Source of the DNA: a virus
Lineage: Duplodnaviria > Caudoviricetes
Direction: 5' to 3' (one strand)
DNA length: 64,000 nt
Virus record (IMG/VR): IMGVR_UViG_3300013383_000001
Location: 32,001-96,000 of that record
Numbering within the stretch: position 1 is the stretch's first letter; every line of letters begins with the position of its first letter. Under the pieces are notes generated by a model. That model saw only the letters and a program-made list of their open reading frames with translations, made no database searches and had not been told where the DNA came from. Made by a program: the position numbers and the translations under genes. Shown here piece after piece: positions 29,541-42,961 of this stretch.

Positions 29541-32500
29541 CATCTTTATTTAACGGAACTACTAAGTTCTATGTGTAGACTAAACGTCTTCCACAAGAAG
29601 GAAACTTAGTATACGAATACAATCCGTTTCGTAATTATAGATTAGATGAGGATTTATATGAATACGAAGATAACTATTATACTCTTGGGGAACTTGCTTA
29701 GTTAGACATTATTCCAAATTGCAATATAATTGCTGCAGAAGATGATAAAGAACTTTCTATGAAGGAATTTAATGATCTAAACTATAATCCGTCTAAAAAT
29801 ATAACATATTTAATTTCTAAATACTCTGGGTATGTAACAGATAGAATATACACTAAGCGAATCTTGATAAGAAATATCTATAAAGAAGAACTTAAAAGAG
29901 CTTTACATAATTACTTTACACAAAATAAATTAAATGAGTGGTCTGGAGTTCCTGAAAATAAAACAGACCCTGTCCTAAGAGAAGCAGGTGAATTAGTTGA
30001 TTTCATAACACCTGAATTAGAATTTGATTTAGAACATCCTGTTAGTTTACTTCCTTAGAAATCATACGATAATTCAGTAAATCTTATTATAAATGATGGG
30101 AAAACATATCCTAAACTTATAAATAATAGATTTAGCGTTAAAGGAAGAAACCAGTATGAAATAATTGATCGTAAAGGAACTTCTGATACTAATATTTATG
30201 ATAGGGGTGAATAGTTTAAATCTGATACATCTCTTTATAAAATAACAGAGAAGTTTGCTAAGATTAAGCTGAAAGGAGTTTCTTATGGAGGTAATTTAAA
30301 AGTAGGAAACTATTTCTTCTATTTCAAATTAGCAGATTCAGATGGTAATGAATCTGACTTTATAGGAGAATCTGGATTAGTAAGTATATTCCTTGGAAAT
30401 AGTTATAAAACAGCAAGAACAGGAGAAAGAGATAATAATAGTTCTAAAAAAGTATCTTTCTACATATCTAATCTTGATACATCATATACATACATTCATG
30501 TGTACTATTCTAGAACATCTGCAGAAATATGGTAGAATAGTACTACAACGTATGCACAAATAGATAGAAAATATCTTATTTCTTCAAACGGAACATCTAA
30601 CATAGAAATAACTGGATTTGAAGAAGTAATAGATAAAACATTAGAAGATATAAATTGTTTCTATAGTATAGTTGAAAGTGCAGAAGCTCAAGAGCAATGT
30701 CAAAATATGTTGTTCCTAGCAAATGTATAGAAGACTAAAATTAATTATACTGAATTAGAAGATCTATCTTTAAGAGTACTTCCATATCTAAATGAAGAAG
30801 AATATAAGACTAAATTAAATCATAAATATAATTTACAAACAAATGAATTAGGTTATGTTGATCCTACATTCATTTATAATAAGACAGGATATTGGAATGA
30901 AGAATTATATAGATTTGGTATAGTCTATATATTAAATAATGGAGAATTGTCTCCTGTATTTAACATAAGAGGTGCTTTAAATATAAATTCAGACATAAAG
31001 TATTCTGATATACCTTTACGAAATAAGAAAGGAGTTCGTAATTATATTTAGTATGATGAAGAAACATATCAGTTAAAGAACAATACTAAAGATGATACTG
31101 AAAAAGTAACTGCTTCGTTTGAAAATTCAAAAGGTGTAGTCAGATTAACTTCTTTAAAAGATACTGATATAATTCATTCTTTTAAGTTTATAATATCTGA
31201 TGAAGTAAAGTAGGAAATGCAGAAATATGCACGAGGTTTCTTTATTGTTAGATAGAAACGTATGCCTATGTTACTTGTGCAAGGTGTTACATTAGGTATT
31301 GATAAACACTCTCGTACTCCGACTATTCCTACTGCTGGACCTATTTTAAGTAGTCAAGCAAGTAAATTAGAAAAAACTAATGTAGCAGTAGATAATATAA
31401 ACGGAGTAAACTATGTATCTGAAGGATTCCTGTCTAGATACCATTATTACTTCAAAAGAAAGAAGGGATCTATATGGAGTCAAATACTTAAGATAGGTGC
31501 GTTAGTTGTTGGCGCAGCAGCTTTAGCAGCCGCAGTTGTATTTACAGTAGGTGCTGCAGGTGCTGCAGGTGCTGTTGCTGGAGCGGCAGCAGCCACTGTT
31601 ATAGCAGAAGGTACCGCTTCCGTAGTAGGAGCATTGCCAGTGATTGGTATAGTAGCAGGAGCAACTATTGGTGCTACAGTTGTAGCTGCATCTACAGAAT
31701 CTATAGTATTAGCAACTAAGTCTGGGAAAACTACTTTAGATGGGTGGAGAACTAAAACACCATCAGGATTTACTAAAGAGGAAGAGGATGATTCTAGAAA
31801 GTTAACACAAGACTTTAAAGAAAGAATGATTATAAAAGATCCTTCTTAGAATGAAGTTTAGTGTATACTATCTCCTGAATACGAAACTAATATAGCATAT
31901 TTTAATACTATATTCTCTGGTAATACACATTATATATAGAGTGCTATAAGTTAGAATCAATTACAAATAGAATCTGAAGATGGAACTATAAGACCATATT
32001 TTGCGGAAGATTCTATATAGCCTAGACATTTCTATATAAAGGATTACTATGATAATACAGATAGATCTAATGCAGAATGTCCTATTATAGCAATGCAAGA
32101 TTCTTAGAAAGTAGGAGCAGTTGAGGATATTCTTTTTAAAGCAAGAGCAGGAGAAGCAGAAGAAGTATTTAGATATTTATCTGTTTCTACTGAACATTTA
32201 AAGAATACTAATAATGAGTATGCTACAGAGAATCTTGATAATGTAAAAGTAAATTCTGATATTATAAGAGGTAATTTTGGTCCATATCTTGGTTTTATAA
32301 ATGGAGATTTCAAACCTGCAGAAATAGTTAATATATATTTTCCAGGATATAATGAATCTTTAATTGAAGAGTATGCTTCAATTAGAGCAAATGATAAATC
32401 TCCTTTTAAAGCAGTTACTGAAAGAATATCATTTACAGACATGGATGATTATTCTAATCAATTAATATATAGTAATATTGATCAAGGAGAGAAAGAATAT

Positions 32501-35200
32501 ACTATTCATGTTTATAGAGGAGATTGCTTTATATGTCAAACCACTCATAGATTGAATAGGAACTTCAACGACCCATCAGTACTTTATAATGATTAGATAT
32601 TAGAAACTGATACATGGAGAGAACATTATGATCCTAAAGATGTAACTACATATTCTAAAATTAATCTTGGAGATGTAAATGCAATATAGATGGGAATGTG
32701 GGTTACTTTTAAAGTAAGATCTTCTTCTAATTTAAATCTTTGTACATTAGATGAATCTAATGTTGATGAGATAGCTATGTCTGGACATCCTAGAGGACAT
32801 TATCCACAAACTCCAATGTCAGTAGAAGGAAGTTATAAGATAGCAGATACTACTGTATACAATCAAGGATTTAGAAGTACTGTAGGAGAAAGAAATCATT
32901 TTGAAACTCCTGATGTTCCATATCTTAAAAATAGTTTCCAAACTAGAATAATGTATTCAGATATTTATGTAACTGACGCATTTAAAAATGGATATAGATC
33001 ATTCTGGGGAACTAATTATAGAGATTATACTAATCAATATGGTTGTATTATCCAACTTATAAATATACAAGATAACTTACTTTGTGTATTTGAGCACGGA
33101 ATTGCTTTAATACCTGTAAACGAAAGAGCAGTAGCAGCCCAAGGAGCAGGTGGTCAAGCATATATTAATACTTCTAATGTACTTCCTGAAAATCCTAGAA
33201 TTATATCAGATACATACGGATCTCAATGGAAGGAATCTATTATAAAGACTGATAGTTATGTTTATGGTGTAGATACTATTGCAAAAAAGATTTGGAGAAC
33301 TAACGGATCTAACTTTGAAATAATATCTGATTTCAAGGTTCAAGAATTTTTGAATTAGAATATATCTTTAACAGAAAGAGAAGTTACACCAATTATAGGT
33401 ATTAGAAATGTAAAATCACATTGGAATAAGTTTAAGAACGATGTAATGTTTACTTTCTATGATAATAAATATGATTTTGAAGAAGTATCTTGGAATTTAT
33501 GTTTTAATGAAGTATTAGGATGTTTTACAACATTCTATTCTTGGATTCCTTCTTATTCAGAGAATATTTATAATCAATACTTCTCGTTTGATAGAGATAC
33601 ATCTAAGCAAATTGCTAAGTTAGGTATTTCTAATTCTAACAATGATTTTGCAGATGGAATTACATTAAGCAATAATGTATTTAAGAATAATTCTTAGACA
33701 GTTGATGGATTATATAAAGTAGGAATACTTAGTTTAACTAATAGGAATCTTCCAGTAGGAGATGGAATAGAAATAGAAGAAATATTCACTTTAGAAAGAG
33801 ATTATCAATTAAATAATAAGAATTTTGAAATCCGTCAAATAGATGGTGAATGGTGGTTACTTTCTAAAGTTCCTGCATGGGAATTAAGTACTGAATAGTA
33901 TTGTAGAGTTATTGGTAATAGAAAAATATTAGATATAAATGATATAAAGGATTGGAAATCACATGTGAATGCTAGTTCTAAATTCATTTATAAGGATAAT
34001 ACTAATAGACGGAAAGAAATCTCTGGATTAGAAGAAGCTACTTCTCATAATAAAGTAATTACATATTTAAATATATCTTGCTCTATTACTGTAAAGAGAA
34101 CTTCTGAAGATGTTCCTTTTGCTGATGCGTATGCTAATGGATTTAATGAATACTATACTACAAATGCAGGATAGTTTAAGAGTAGAATTGCTATTATTCC
34201 TGAATATAATCTTCAGTTCTTAACTACTGATTTCTGGAAACATGGACAATCAGGAATTATAGATATTAAAGATTAGATATTACCTGCTCACTGGTATGGT
34301 CATCAACATCCTTTTGAGTTTGAGTTTGTAGTAAACAAATACCCTGATTCACATAAGATATTTGATAATCTGCAAATCATAAGTAACTATGCAGAACCTG
34401 AATCATTCCATTACGAGATTATTGGGGATTGCTTTGATTTTGCAAAAGATAAGGAAAATATGTATATTCGCCAAGAAGCAACTAAATAGTTATATTAGTA
34501 CAATGGATCTGATATTGTATATGATCATGACTATAAGAAACTTCATACAGAGAAACATAGATAGTTATTAGATGCTAATTACAATCCTATTATCGGATAG
34601 TACGATAAATCTACTATAATGCCATTGTTCTATTGCAGAGAAGATAGAATAGAGCATATACATGATCTTTACTTTACTTTAGAAAGTATTGATGGATCAC
34701 ATAATTATGATTCTTTATCAGGAGGAGAAATAGCTTATAATCCTACTACTAGAGAATACTCTATTATAAATCACGTTAAAGCAGTTAACATACAAGATCC
34801 TAAACAAGGAAGAATGTATGGTAATATGCATTATAAAGAAGATAAATGGCATATACAAATAAATCCTTTAAAAATAGTTCAAAAGAATGAAGAAGATTGG
34901 GGTAAGAGTGATTTTACCAATGATGCTAATCCTGATTTAATTCCTGTCGAATTATGGAAACTTCCAATACCTAACGAGAGGATTTCTAATGATACTGTTA
35001 AAGAGTAGATTGATTCTAAATAGATTGAATTACCTTTGGATTGGGATAATAGAAATATTGTTAAATGGGGTGATCTTGAAACCCAATGGACTGAAACCAA
35101 AATGAAAGGTAATTATATGAAAGTAAAAATAAGATATAAAGGAGACAAATTAGCAATAATACAATCCTTACGAACTTTATTTAGTGTAAGTTATGGCTGA
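29528..35200 (+). CDS. Tail stabilisation/muzzle protein (~1890 aa)
   Basis: Joins track ORFs 29759, 31262, 32690, 33446, 33965 and 34619 in frame. Motifs GYWNEEIYRFGIVY, YGSQWKESI, YGVDTIAKKIWR, FYSWIP and HKIFDNLQIISN. Confidence 0.75.
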
Positions 35201-36542
35201 TTTAACAACGCAAGTATCATCGTTTACTCCGTCATTTAATAATGTATTAACAGTTCCTGAATTTGACACATCTTCTTATTAGAATACATTACTTAATCTT
35301 GCATTAAAGGACACAAAGAACGAGTTTGGGTTTTTTGATTCTTTAATGAGTTTGCACAATCAAAGTTTTTAGAAACACATGCCGGGAATTACAAAACAAC
35401 AGGCAAAAATTAATCCAAAACCAACTCCTACAAAATTAGATCCAAAAATTACTTCTGCTATTGCTTCTGGAATGAACACAATAGGAAGTGAATTAAGTTC
35501 AATGTCTGGTGCATATAATGGTACTTACGGAGGACTCGCTCAAGGTGTTAATTCAGGGCTTACGACTGCAAGTTAGATGGTAGGACAATTTGTTCCTGCT
35601 GCTGGTTTAGCAGTTGGTGTCGGTAATATGTTTAATGGGTTAAGTAATTCAATATTTGGATCATTAGACAATGTAAATAAGACAGATGCAATTATGTCAT
35701 CAATCCCTGGATTAGGAGGAATTTATTCAATGTTTGGTAAAACTTCTGATACGTTTTCAATGGATAACTCTACAAGAAGTGCTATAGGTTCTAGTTATGG
35801 TGATACATATAGTACCTTAGATGATGCTTCTAAATTATCTGGTAAGAAGATGGTGTCAGGTCTTGGATCTGCTAATCGTAAAATTGCCACTGCTAATGAG
35901 ATGCAGAGTAATTTATAGAATATAAATGCAGAGAATAATCAACGATTAGATCTCTTAGAAGCAGGTAGTAAGTATAAGAGATTAAATCGTGATTTCAATA
36001 TGACTGGCGGATACGATTAGAGATACTCTGCTACTTTTAAAGATGGTGGAAAACTTGAAACTCAAGAAGATAATATTGAAAAGTTGTATTCTGATTTTAT
36101 AAAGGAATTATCTATACCTAAGAAACAAAAAGGAGGCACAATCGTAAAAGAAGTAGTTGTACCTGCTATAGTTAAATAGGTGATGATTCCTGCAATTGAT
36201 GATATTATCGAATATAAAGCAGGTGGTTAGTTTAATGTAATACCTGAAGGTGCTTTACATGCTCGTAAACACAATATGAATATAGATAATATTACTAAAA
36301 AAGGAATACCAGTCGTATCCGAATCAGAGGGTGGCGAATTAACTCAACAAGCAGAAATTGAGCGTAATGAAGTAATACTGCGATTAGAAGTTACTGAAAA
36401 AATCGAGGAACTTTATAAAGAATATTCTAATGAAGAAACTAAGAAATCAAGAAAGGATGAATTAGCATTAGAAGCAGGAAAACTTCTTACAAATGAGATA
36501 TTATATAATACTTAGGATAATACAGGAATATTAAATGAATAA
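35193..36542 (+). CDS. Virion cargo/ejection protein (449 aa)
   Basis: Gly/Ser/Ala-rich amphipathic region followed by FNVIPEGALHARKH...QQAEIERNEVI; located just after the muzzle genes. Confidence 0.7.
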
Positions 36543-39135
36543 GGTATATTTAATTCCGAAATATTAGGTCGGTGCTAAAACAGCATATAATGCGGCACGA
36601 GGGCGACGCAGACGACAACAAAACGATGTAGCACAAGGCCCTAGAACTCTTACAATGTCTCCCGAAGAAAGAAGAAAATTTGAGTAGGCTAAAAGGGATG
36701 AGCTAAAAAGAACACATAAAAAACAATACGAAAAAGAATATCAGAAAGCGTTACAACAAAAAATAGAAAAAGAAAGGCAAGAAAAAGAAAGAGAAACTAG
36801 ACATAGATTAGAAATTGGTTCTAATTTAATCAAAAATCTCAAACAATAGTTAGATGATTTAGGAGTTCCTTATAATCCAAATGCAAGTCTTGGGGAATTA
36901 TATGCTGCTGTACTTGATAATCAAGAAGCATTAACTAACTATTTACATGATGGTGTATATAATCCTGTGTTTAAAAGATTTGATGTTACTGTTAAACTTC
37001 CAGAAGAATACAAAAAGTTTTTAGATGCAGCAAGGGAAGAAAATTACTACCCTGGGTTTATGTAGGATTTAGAAAAATATGCCAACTATTATAGAAATTA
37101 GGATGTAGCAGGAGTATTACAAAATTACTCCGATTAGGATGTTGCCTTAAATGGACCTTACTTATTAGATGCAGCATACGCCCAAATGGGTGAATCCGCT
37201 GGAGATTGGGAACATCAAGCACACAATCCTGAAGGAATTTATTACGGAGACCCTGATAATTACCAAAAAGCAATGAAGAGTTAGTATGGCAAACAAATGG
37301 CTAATAGATCTTCTTTAGGAAATATTGGTAATTTATTCTCTCCAGGACAATGGGTTGGATGGGGTAGAGATATGGCTAAAGCTGGTGATTTTAATCCACT
37401 TATGTATCTAATACCAGGATATGGATTATATGAATTTGCTACAGATAGTAATGTTAGGCAAGCACTTTGGGATTCAATGCTATACGGTAATTCTGGATGG
37501 GCAACTGAGGATTTCGCCTTTCGACATCCACAAGCTGCAACTTTATTGAATATAGGATTAGATTTAGCAGTTCCTTGGGCTATTGGAAAAGGAGCGGGTT
37601 TAATAGCAAGAGGTATTCCTCGTTTAACGCCTAGAATTTAGGGGGTTGGAAGAAATATGTATAATTTTCTTAGGAGTGATCCGAGGACTGATCTTATGGT
37701 TAAAACTGAGATAAATCCTAACGCACTGACAGTTGATGAAATGGGTAAGATTATGGGCGGCGGTGATTATCTTTTTTCTAAAAGCACTGATGGACTCACT
37801 ATTAATGCTAACGATAAGATTGTTAGAACAGGAACAAACCAGAGACCGACAAATAAACAAATGACAAGAGCCGTTGAGACAGTGATCGATGATTATGCAA
37901 GTATACAAGAAAGATTACCTCAAGATCTACAAACGGAATATAATAATATTTTAAACGGACATTCCGAAATGTAGTAGGTTAAAGCTGCTAAATAGTTTAA
38001 TGAAAAAGCATCTGCATATATAATGGAGCATGCTCAAGATTTTGATGACGTATTATCAACAAAACCATCTCTCGCACCTCGTCAAACTGCAGAACCTACT
38101 GTAACTCCTAATAATCCAGTTACTCCAGAATCTACTACTTCGGAACTTCCTGCAAAAGCAGCAAGACCTACTGAGGAAGCACCTGCTCGACCTGCAGAAG
38201 AAACAAATGCTTCATACGAAACTGTAGAAGCAGAGAAGCCACAATCTAGCACTATAGAATATGGTGATAATTATAGAACTACTATAGACGATGATCTCTC
38301 AACAGAACCCTCATCATAGACAGGTGTTCCTGAGAATAATCCAAAACCTGCAGAGTCAGGAACTACTCAACAACCTTCATAGGCAGCTTCTTCAACTTCT
38401 GAATCTAGTCAAGCAGCTCCTACAGAAAGTACTCCTGCTAGAAGTGAGAGTGCTGCAAATGGAGAGAGTGCATCTACAAGTGGTAATACAGGTGAAACAT
38501 CTCTTGATAATCCTGGACAGAAATACGGATTAACAAAAGAACAATATGAGGATTATGTAAAATTGAGTGAAAAAGGTGGATTCCGACAAAGAAAACTAAA
38601 CCGAGCTGAAAAACTTAGATATGAGGATTATGAAGCAAAAGTAAAGGCTGTATCACAAAATGAAAAACCTAAACTCGCTAGTAAAATAAAAGGTATAACT
38701 CCTTCAAGAATTTTGAAAGGATATGGGAAAGCTGCTGCTATTGCTACAACAGTTGCAGCACCTATTGGGGCAGGTACTGCTGTAATTCTTGCAGGTAAAG
38801 ATGTTGCTACAGGTGTTTCTCCAGGAGACAGGTATAAAAGAGCAGCAAAAAAGGCTCAAATGGAAAATGAAATGGAAAACTCCAAAGTTAATATGGAAAT
38901 ATTAAATAAAACTAAAGAGTTAAACAAATAGGCAGAGGATATGCAAAAACAAATGGAGGCAATGCAGCCTAAAGACGAGATTATTGGTTATGAATATGAT
39001 GCAAACGGAAATATAATAGGACAACAAGTAAAAACGGCAAACGGAAATATAAAAGTTATACCTATTGCACCGATAGATACTACCAAAGTTAATCAAGAAT
39101 CAAAAGCCTATGAAGGTGAGTTTAGGCAAGAATGA
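36535..39135 (+). CDS. Putative cargo protein with hydrophobic segments and a Pro/Thr/Glu-rich linker (866 aa)
   Basis: Joins track ORFs 37297, 37657, 38023, 38563 and 38941 in frame; ends at TGA 39133-39135. Confidence 0.65.
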
Positions 39136-39661
39136 CTATAATGTCAAAGAAGTAACTTCTGAAGAGGATAAGAAAAAAGGATTACAAGGAGTTAAAGAAT
39201 TACCTAAAGATGAAGGTATGCTTTTTGTGTATGATCCTCCTCAAGAGGTCACAATGTGGATGAAAGATACACTTATTCCATTAGACATTATATTTATAAA
39301 TGATGATTAGGAAGTAATTAAAGTAGCTAAAGGAGAACCTAACGACACTTCTAAAATAACTGTTGATAATGTTAATTATGTGCTTGAATTAAATATAGAT
39401 TCAGGGGTTAAAAAAGGTGATGTTTTGGAATTTGAGGACGATGCTCCTATAATGAAGGTTCTTGCTCAAGATGGTTCAACACAAATGGATTTATGGGGTG
39501 GAGAACGTATTATATCCAGAGCAGAAACAAAAGTAATTATTCGTAAAGCTAAAAAGGCAGATGCTTCTAAATCAGATAATGATTATAAAACTTTAGGAAG
39601 GTATATTTTTAAAGTAATAAAAGGACAAGACAGTAGAGATGCGGAATATGTATCTAAATAA
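39110..39661 (+). CDS. DUF192-family protein with C-terminal extension (183 aa)
   Basis: GLQGVKELPKDEGMLF...MWMKDTLIPLDIIFI...YVLELN. Two track ORFs are joined by TAG 39308-39310. Confidence 0.8.
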
Positions 39662-39684
39662 TATAATATAAAACAATTTTAATT

Positions 39685-40002
39685 ATGAAATTTACACCTA
39701 TTAGAAAATTTCAGGATGGTGGTGCAATGGGAGCACCAATGGAGGAGCAAGCTCCTCAGGAGATGCCCGCAGAAGGAGCAGCTCCTCAAGAAGCACCTCA
39801 AGGTGGCGGTGACCCTTTAATGTAGGTTGCACAGCTTGCAATGCAAGCACTTCAGAGTCAGGATTGTCAAGCCGCTATGCAGGTTTGTCAGATCTTCTTA
39901 CAGTTGATTGAGCAAGCCCAAGGTGGCGGTGGCGCAGCTCCTGCTCCTCAAGGTGAGCCTGTATACCGCAGAGGTGGTATTTTAGTTCGTAGAAAGTGGT
40001 AA
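39685..40002 (+). CDS. Small Gln/Ala/Pro-rich putative cargo protein (105 aa)
   Basis: MKFTPIRKFQDGG...DPLMQVAQLAMQALQSQDCQAAMQVC...PVYRRGGILVRRKW, with one TAG, followed by a terminator. Confidence 0.75.
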
Positions 40003-40019
40003 TAGATGTCTAATCTTAG

Positions 40020-40055
40020 ATGGGAGTATGTTGTAAAAAATATACTCCCATTTTT
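40020..40055 (+). terminator. Rho-independent terminator
   Basis: ATGGGAGTATGTT / AATATACTCCCAT stem followed by TTTT. Confidence 0.8.
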
Positions 40056-40069
40056 AATATGAATATGTC

Positions 40070-42961
40070 ATGGCTAAAAAACAAACATATAAAAGAATTG
40101 GAGATGAGGTACTGTTAAGTGATTTTATAAATCTAGCAGATTCTAATTTCCAAGGTTGGCTTGATACAAGAGCTTTAAATAAAAAATAGAAAGAAGCTGT
40201 AACACAGCAATATTCTCGGATAATGAAAGAAATAGCTAAAGATCCTTCTTCCTTTGTCATGGAAGCAGGTAATAGCTTCAATAATAATTTCGGAGTTACA
40301 AACGCTACAGAAGGATTTGATGCAGCAGGGGCTGCCGTTGGATACATAGGTGAGATGCTTCGTAAAGTGAAAGCATATACTCCTGAAAACCTTTATAAAA
40401 AAGGAGATAATATGTTTACACAAGCAATGCAATCTAGGTTAATTGGCAATGATCCTAATGCGTTTTTAGCATTAGATGCCGCAGACGAAAACGGACATCG
40501 ATCTACTAAGAATAGAGATACTAAACTTATAACAGGGTTGACTGACATTTATAATAATATTGATTAGTATAGAGATTTTGATGATGAAGAAACTAAATAG
40601 GATTTCTTAAATAAGTTGCAGCAAACTATCAAAGAGTTACAGGATGGTGACCCATCTAATGACTGGTTCGCATTAGAAAGATTAGGTCTTCAAGGGATTA
40701 AGAAATTCTATTCAACATAGGATGAAATAGAAGAACCTGAGCCAGTAACTGTTCCAACAGAATCAAGTGAAGGTAGTGATGATTCTACAAGTGATAGTAT
40801 ATCTAATGATCTTGGTACTTTATTTAGCCAATTTGTAAATACTAGATACCCTGTTGGTAGAACTGCTCCTGATTATAATCTCGGAAAAAATAATTATAAT
40901 ACACAATTTAAAATAGATGATTTAGATATGCGTTTAGGAGCAGTTTCTAATGATATATTAACAAAGTTCTTTAAAGATTATATTGTTCATAGAGACAATT
41001 TTAATGTCAAAACATCTCTTGGAATTAGATCTATATATAGAAACGCAGCATCAGTATAGGACTATCCAACAGAATTATATTTAAATCGTCTTCTTAATGC
41101 GATGTATCGTAAGAATATGTTAATTAAATTAGGAGAGAATAGATACTTAGTTCCTGGAACATGGAGAAAGGATAATACAGTATACGTCTGGGACACTAAC
41201 GGAGGAGGATTAGGCACTTTGCAAAATGTATCTATACATAAGATTCCTTAGTACAGAAAGATAGTAGAGGATGAGTTCTTTAAAGAGCATCCTGAATTAG
41301 CATCAAAAAGAACAGATTCAAGTGTTGCTGAAGATTATCCTGATATGTTTGTAACTTCATAGAAAAAAGGTGGTGTGTTGAAAGGTAAAACTGGATTGGA
41401 TACTGAATTAATTAAAGCAGTAGATCCTATAATAGACAGAACTACTTCTACACTTAAAATGCCTAATGGAGTAGACTCTTTAGCACCTCGTAGGTTTGCG
41501 GAATTGAATTATGGATTAGATACAGGTAATTCTGATCCAAATGTAGGTAAGGTTGATTATTCTTATAATACATTTATTCTTCCTGGGTGGAGTTCTAAAA
41601 ATAGACATGATAATAGAACATCTTCTATTGGGAAAGATCCCAGCAGACCAAATATAATTGGATCATGGAGTTCACAAAATAATTATGCTAAATCTGGAAA
41701 TATTAAAAAGGATGTACTTGCATATCAATCTGCAAATCCTAATTTAACTGCACAACAGTTTATTGATCTTTATAATTCTAATGTTGATACACTTCGTGCT
41801 ACATCTAATACATTTAAAGATAAAGGATATAATGCTACTGGATTTAAATCACATTATAACTTATTTAATTAGATGTATGGATCTCGTGCTTCTGAATATA
41901 ATTAGAATGTTGGAGCGATGGGATCTCAAGATAATATATCTGATATATTAGGATCTACAATGTGGTTAAGAACTCCTCTTGCTTTTAATTCTGATAGTGA
42001 TTATTAGGATTAGAGAGTATTTCAGTTAAATGATGGCACTAAAGTAAGAGTTAATAATGATGGTAAACTTGAAATATACGATCCTGTATCCGATTCTATA
42101 GATAATGAAGGTAAGAAAATAAAGGAGCAAGCAGAACAAAGGAAGAATGTTTATGGTAAGGATACTAAGGAACAAGAAGAACCTACTTGGCAAGATAAAG
42201 TTCGTAATTTAATTCCTCAATTATTACGTTCTAATCGATTAGCAGATGCTTTAAGAACTAATAATCGAATTAGAGATATAGTAATGCCTTCATTACAACC
42301 TGCACTATTAGAACCTTACGATTTACATTCACCAGTGACTGGCGATTATTATTCACTTAAGACGGCTAATAATATGGCAGCAGACATCCGCAGAGAAGGA
42401 TAGAGGACAGTTTCATCTGATGCTTCATTAAATACCGCTAGAGCATTGCAAGGCGAATCACAGGCTTCTGATCAAGAAATAAAAGGACAACAGGTCGATA
42501 ATGCAGCTATAGATAAGTCACTTACTGAATCTCAAGCTCGTGAAGAAAAGAGTAGAGAAATTCGCAATAAGGTTGCTAATACCAATACTGCAAGTGTTAT
42601 TCAAACTAATCAACAACGTGCTTAGCTTGATGCTAACTTAGAGAAGCAGAATTGGGAAGCACGAGATAAATTCTTCCAAGAGCTTGAAAATAATATCAAT
42701 AAGAGTAATCTCGATAGAAGAGATATTAATCTTCAATCAGCTTAGCAGTTAGCTTTATCTGATTATGAAGAGGAAACTTATAGACTTAATGCAGGATATT
42801 ATGCTTGGAAAGCACAGCCTGGTAATGAAACTAAAACACCTCAAGATTATGATGCTTACACAGGTGGTCAATATATGACTGATTTACGAGATGCTTAGAA
42901 GAAATATAAACAAGCTGTTTTACAAGCATACGTAGACCAAGTAAATAGTACTTTAATATGA
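40070..42961 (+). CDS. Cargo/ejection protein, helical (~963 aa)
   Basis: Contains track ORFs 40223 and 41375 in frame; coiled-coil C-terminus; ATGA overlap at the end. Confidence 0.65.
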
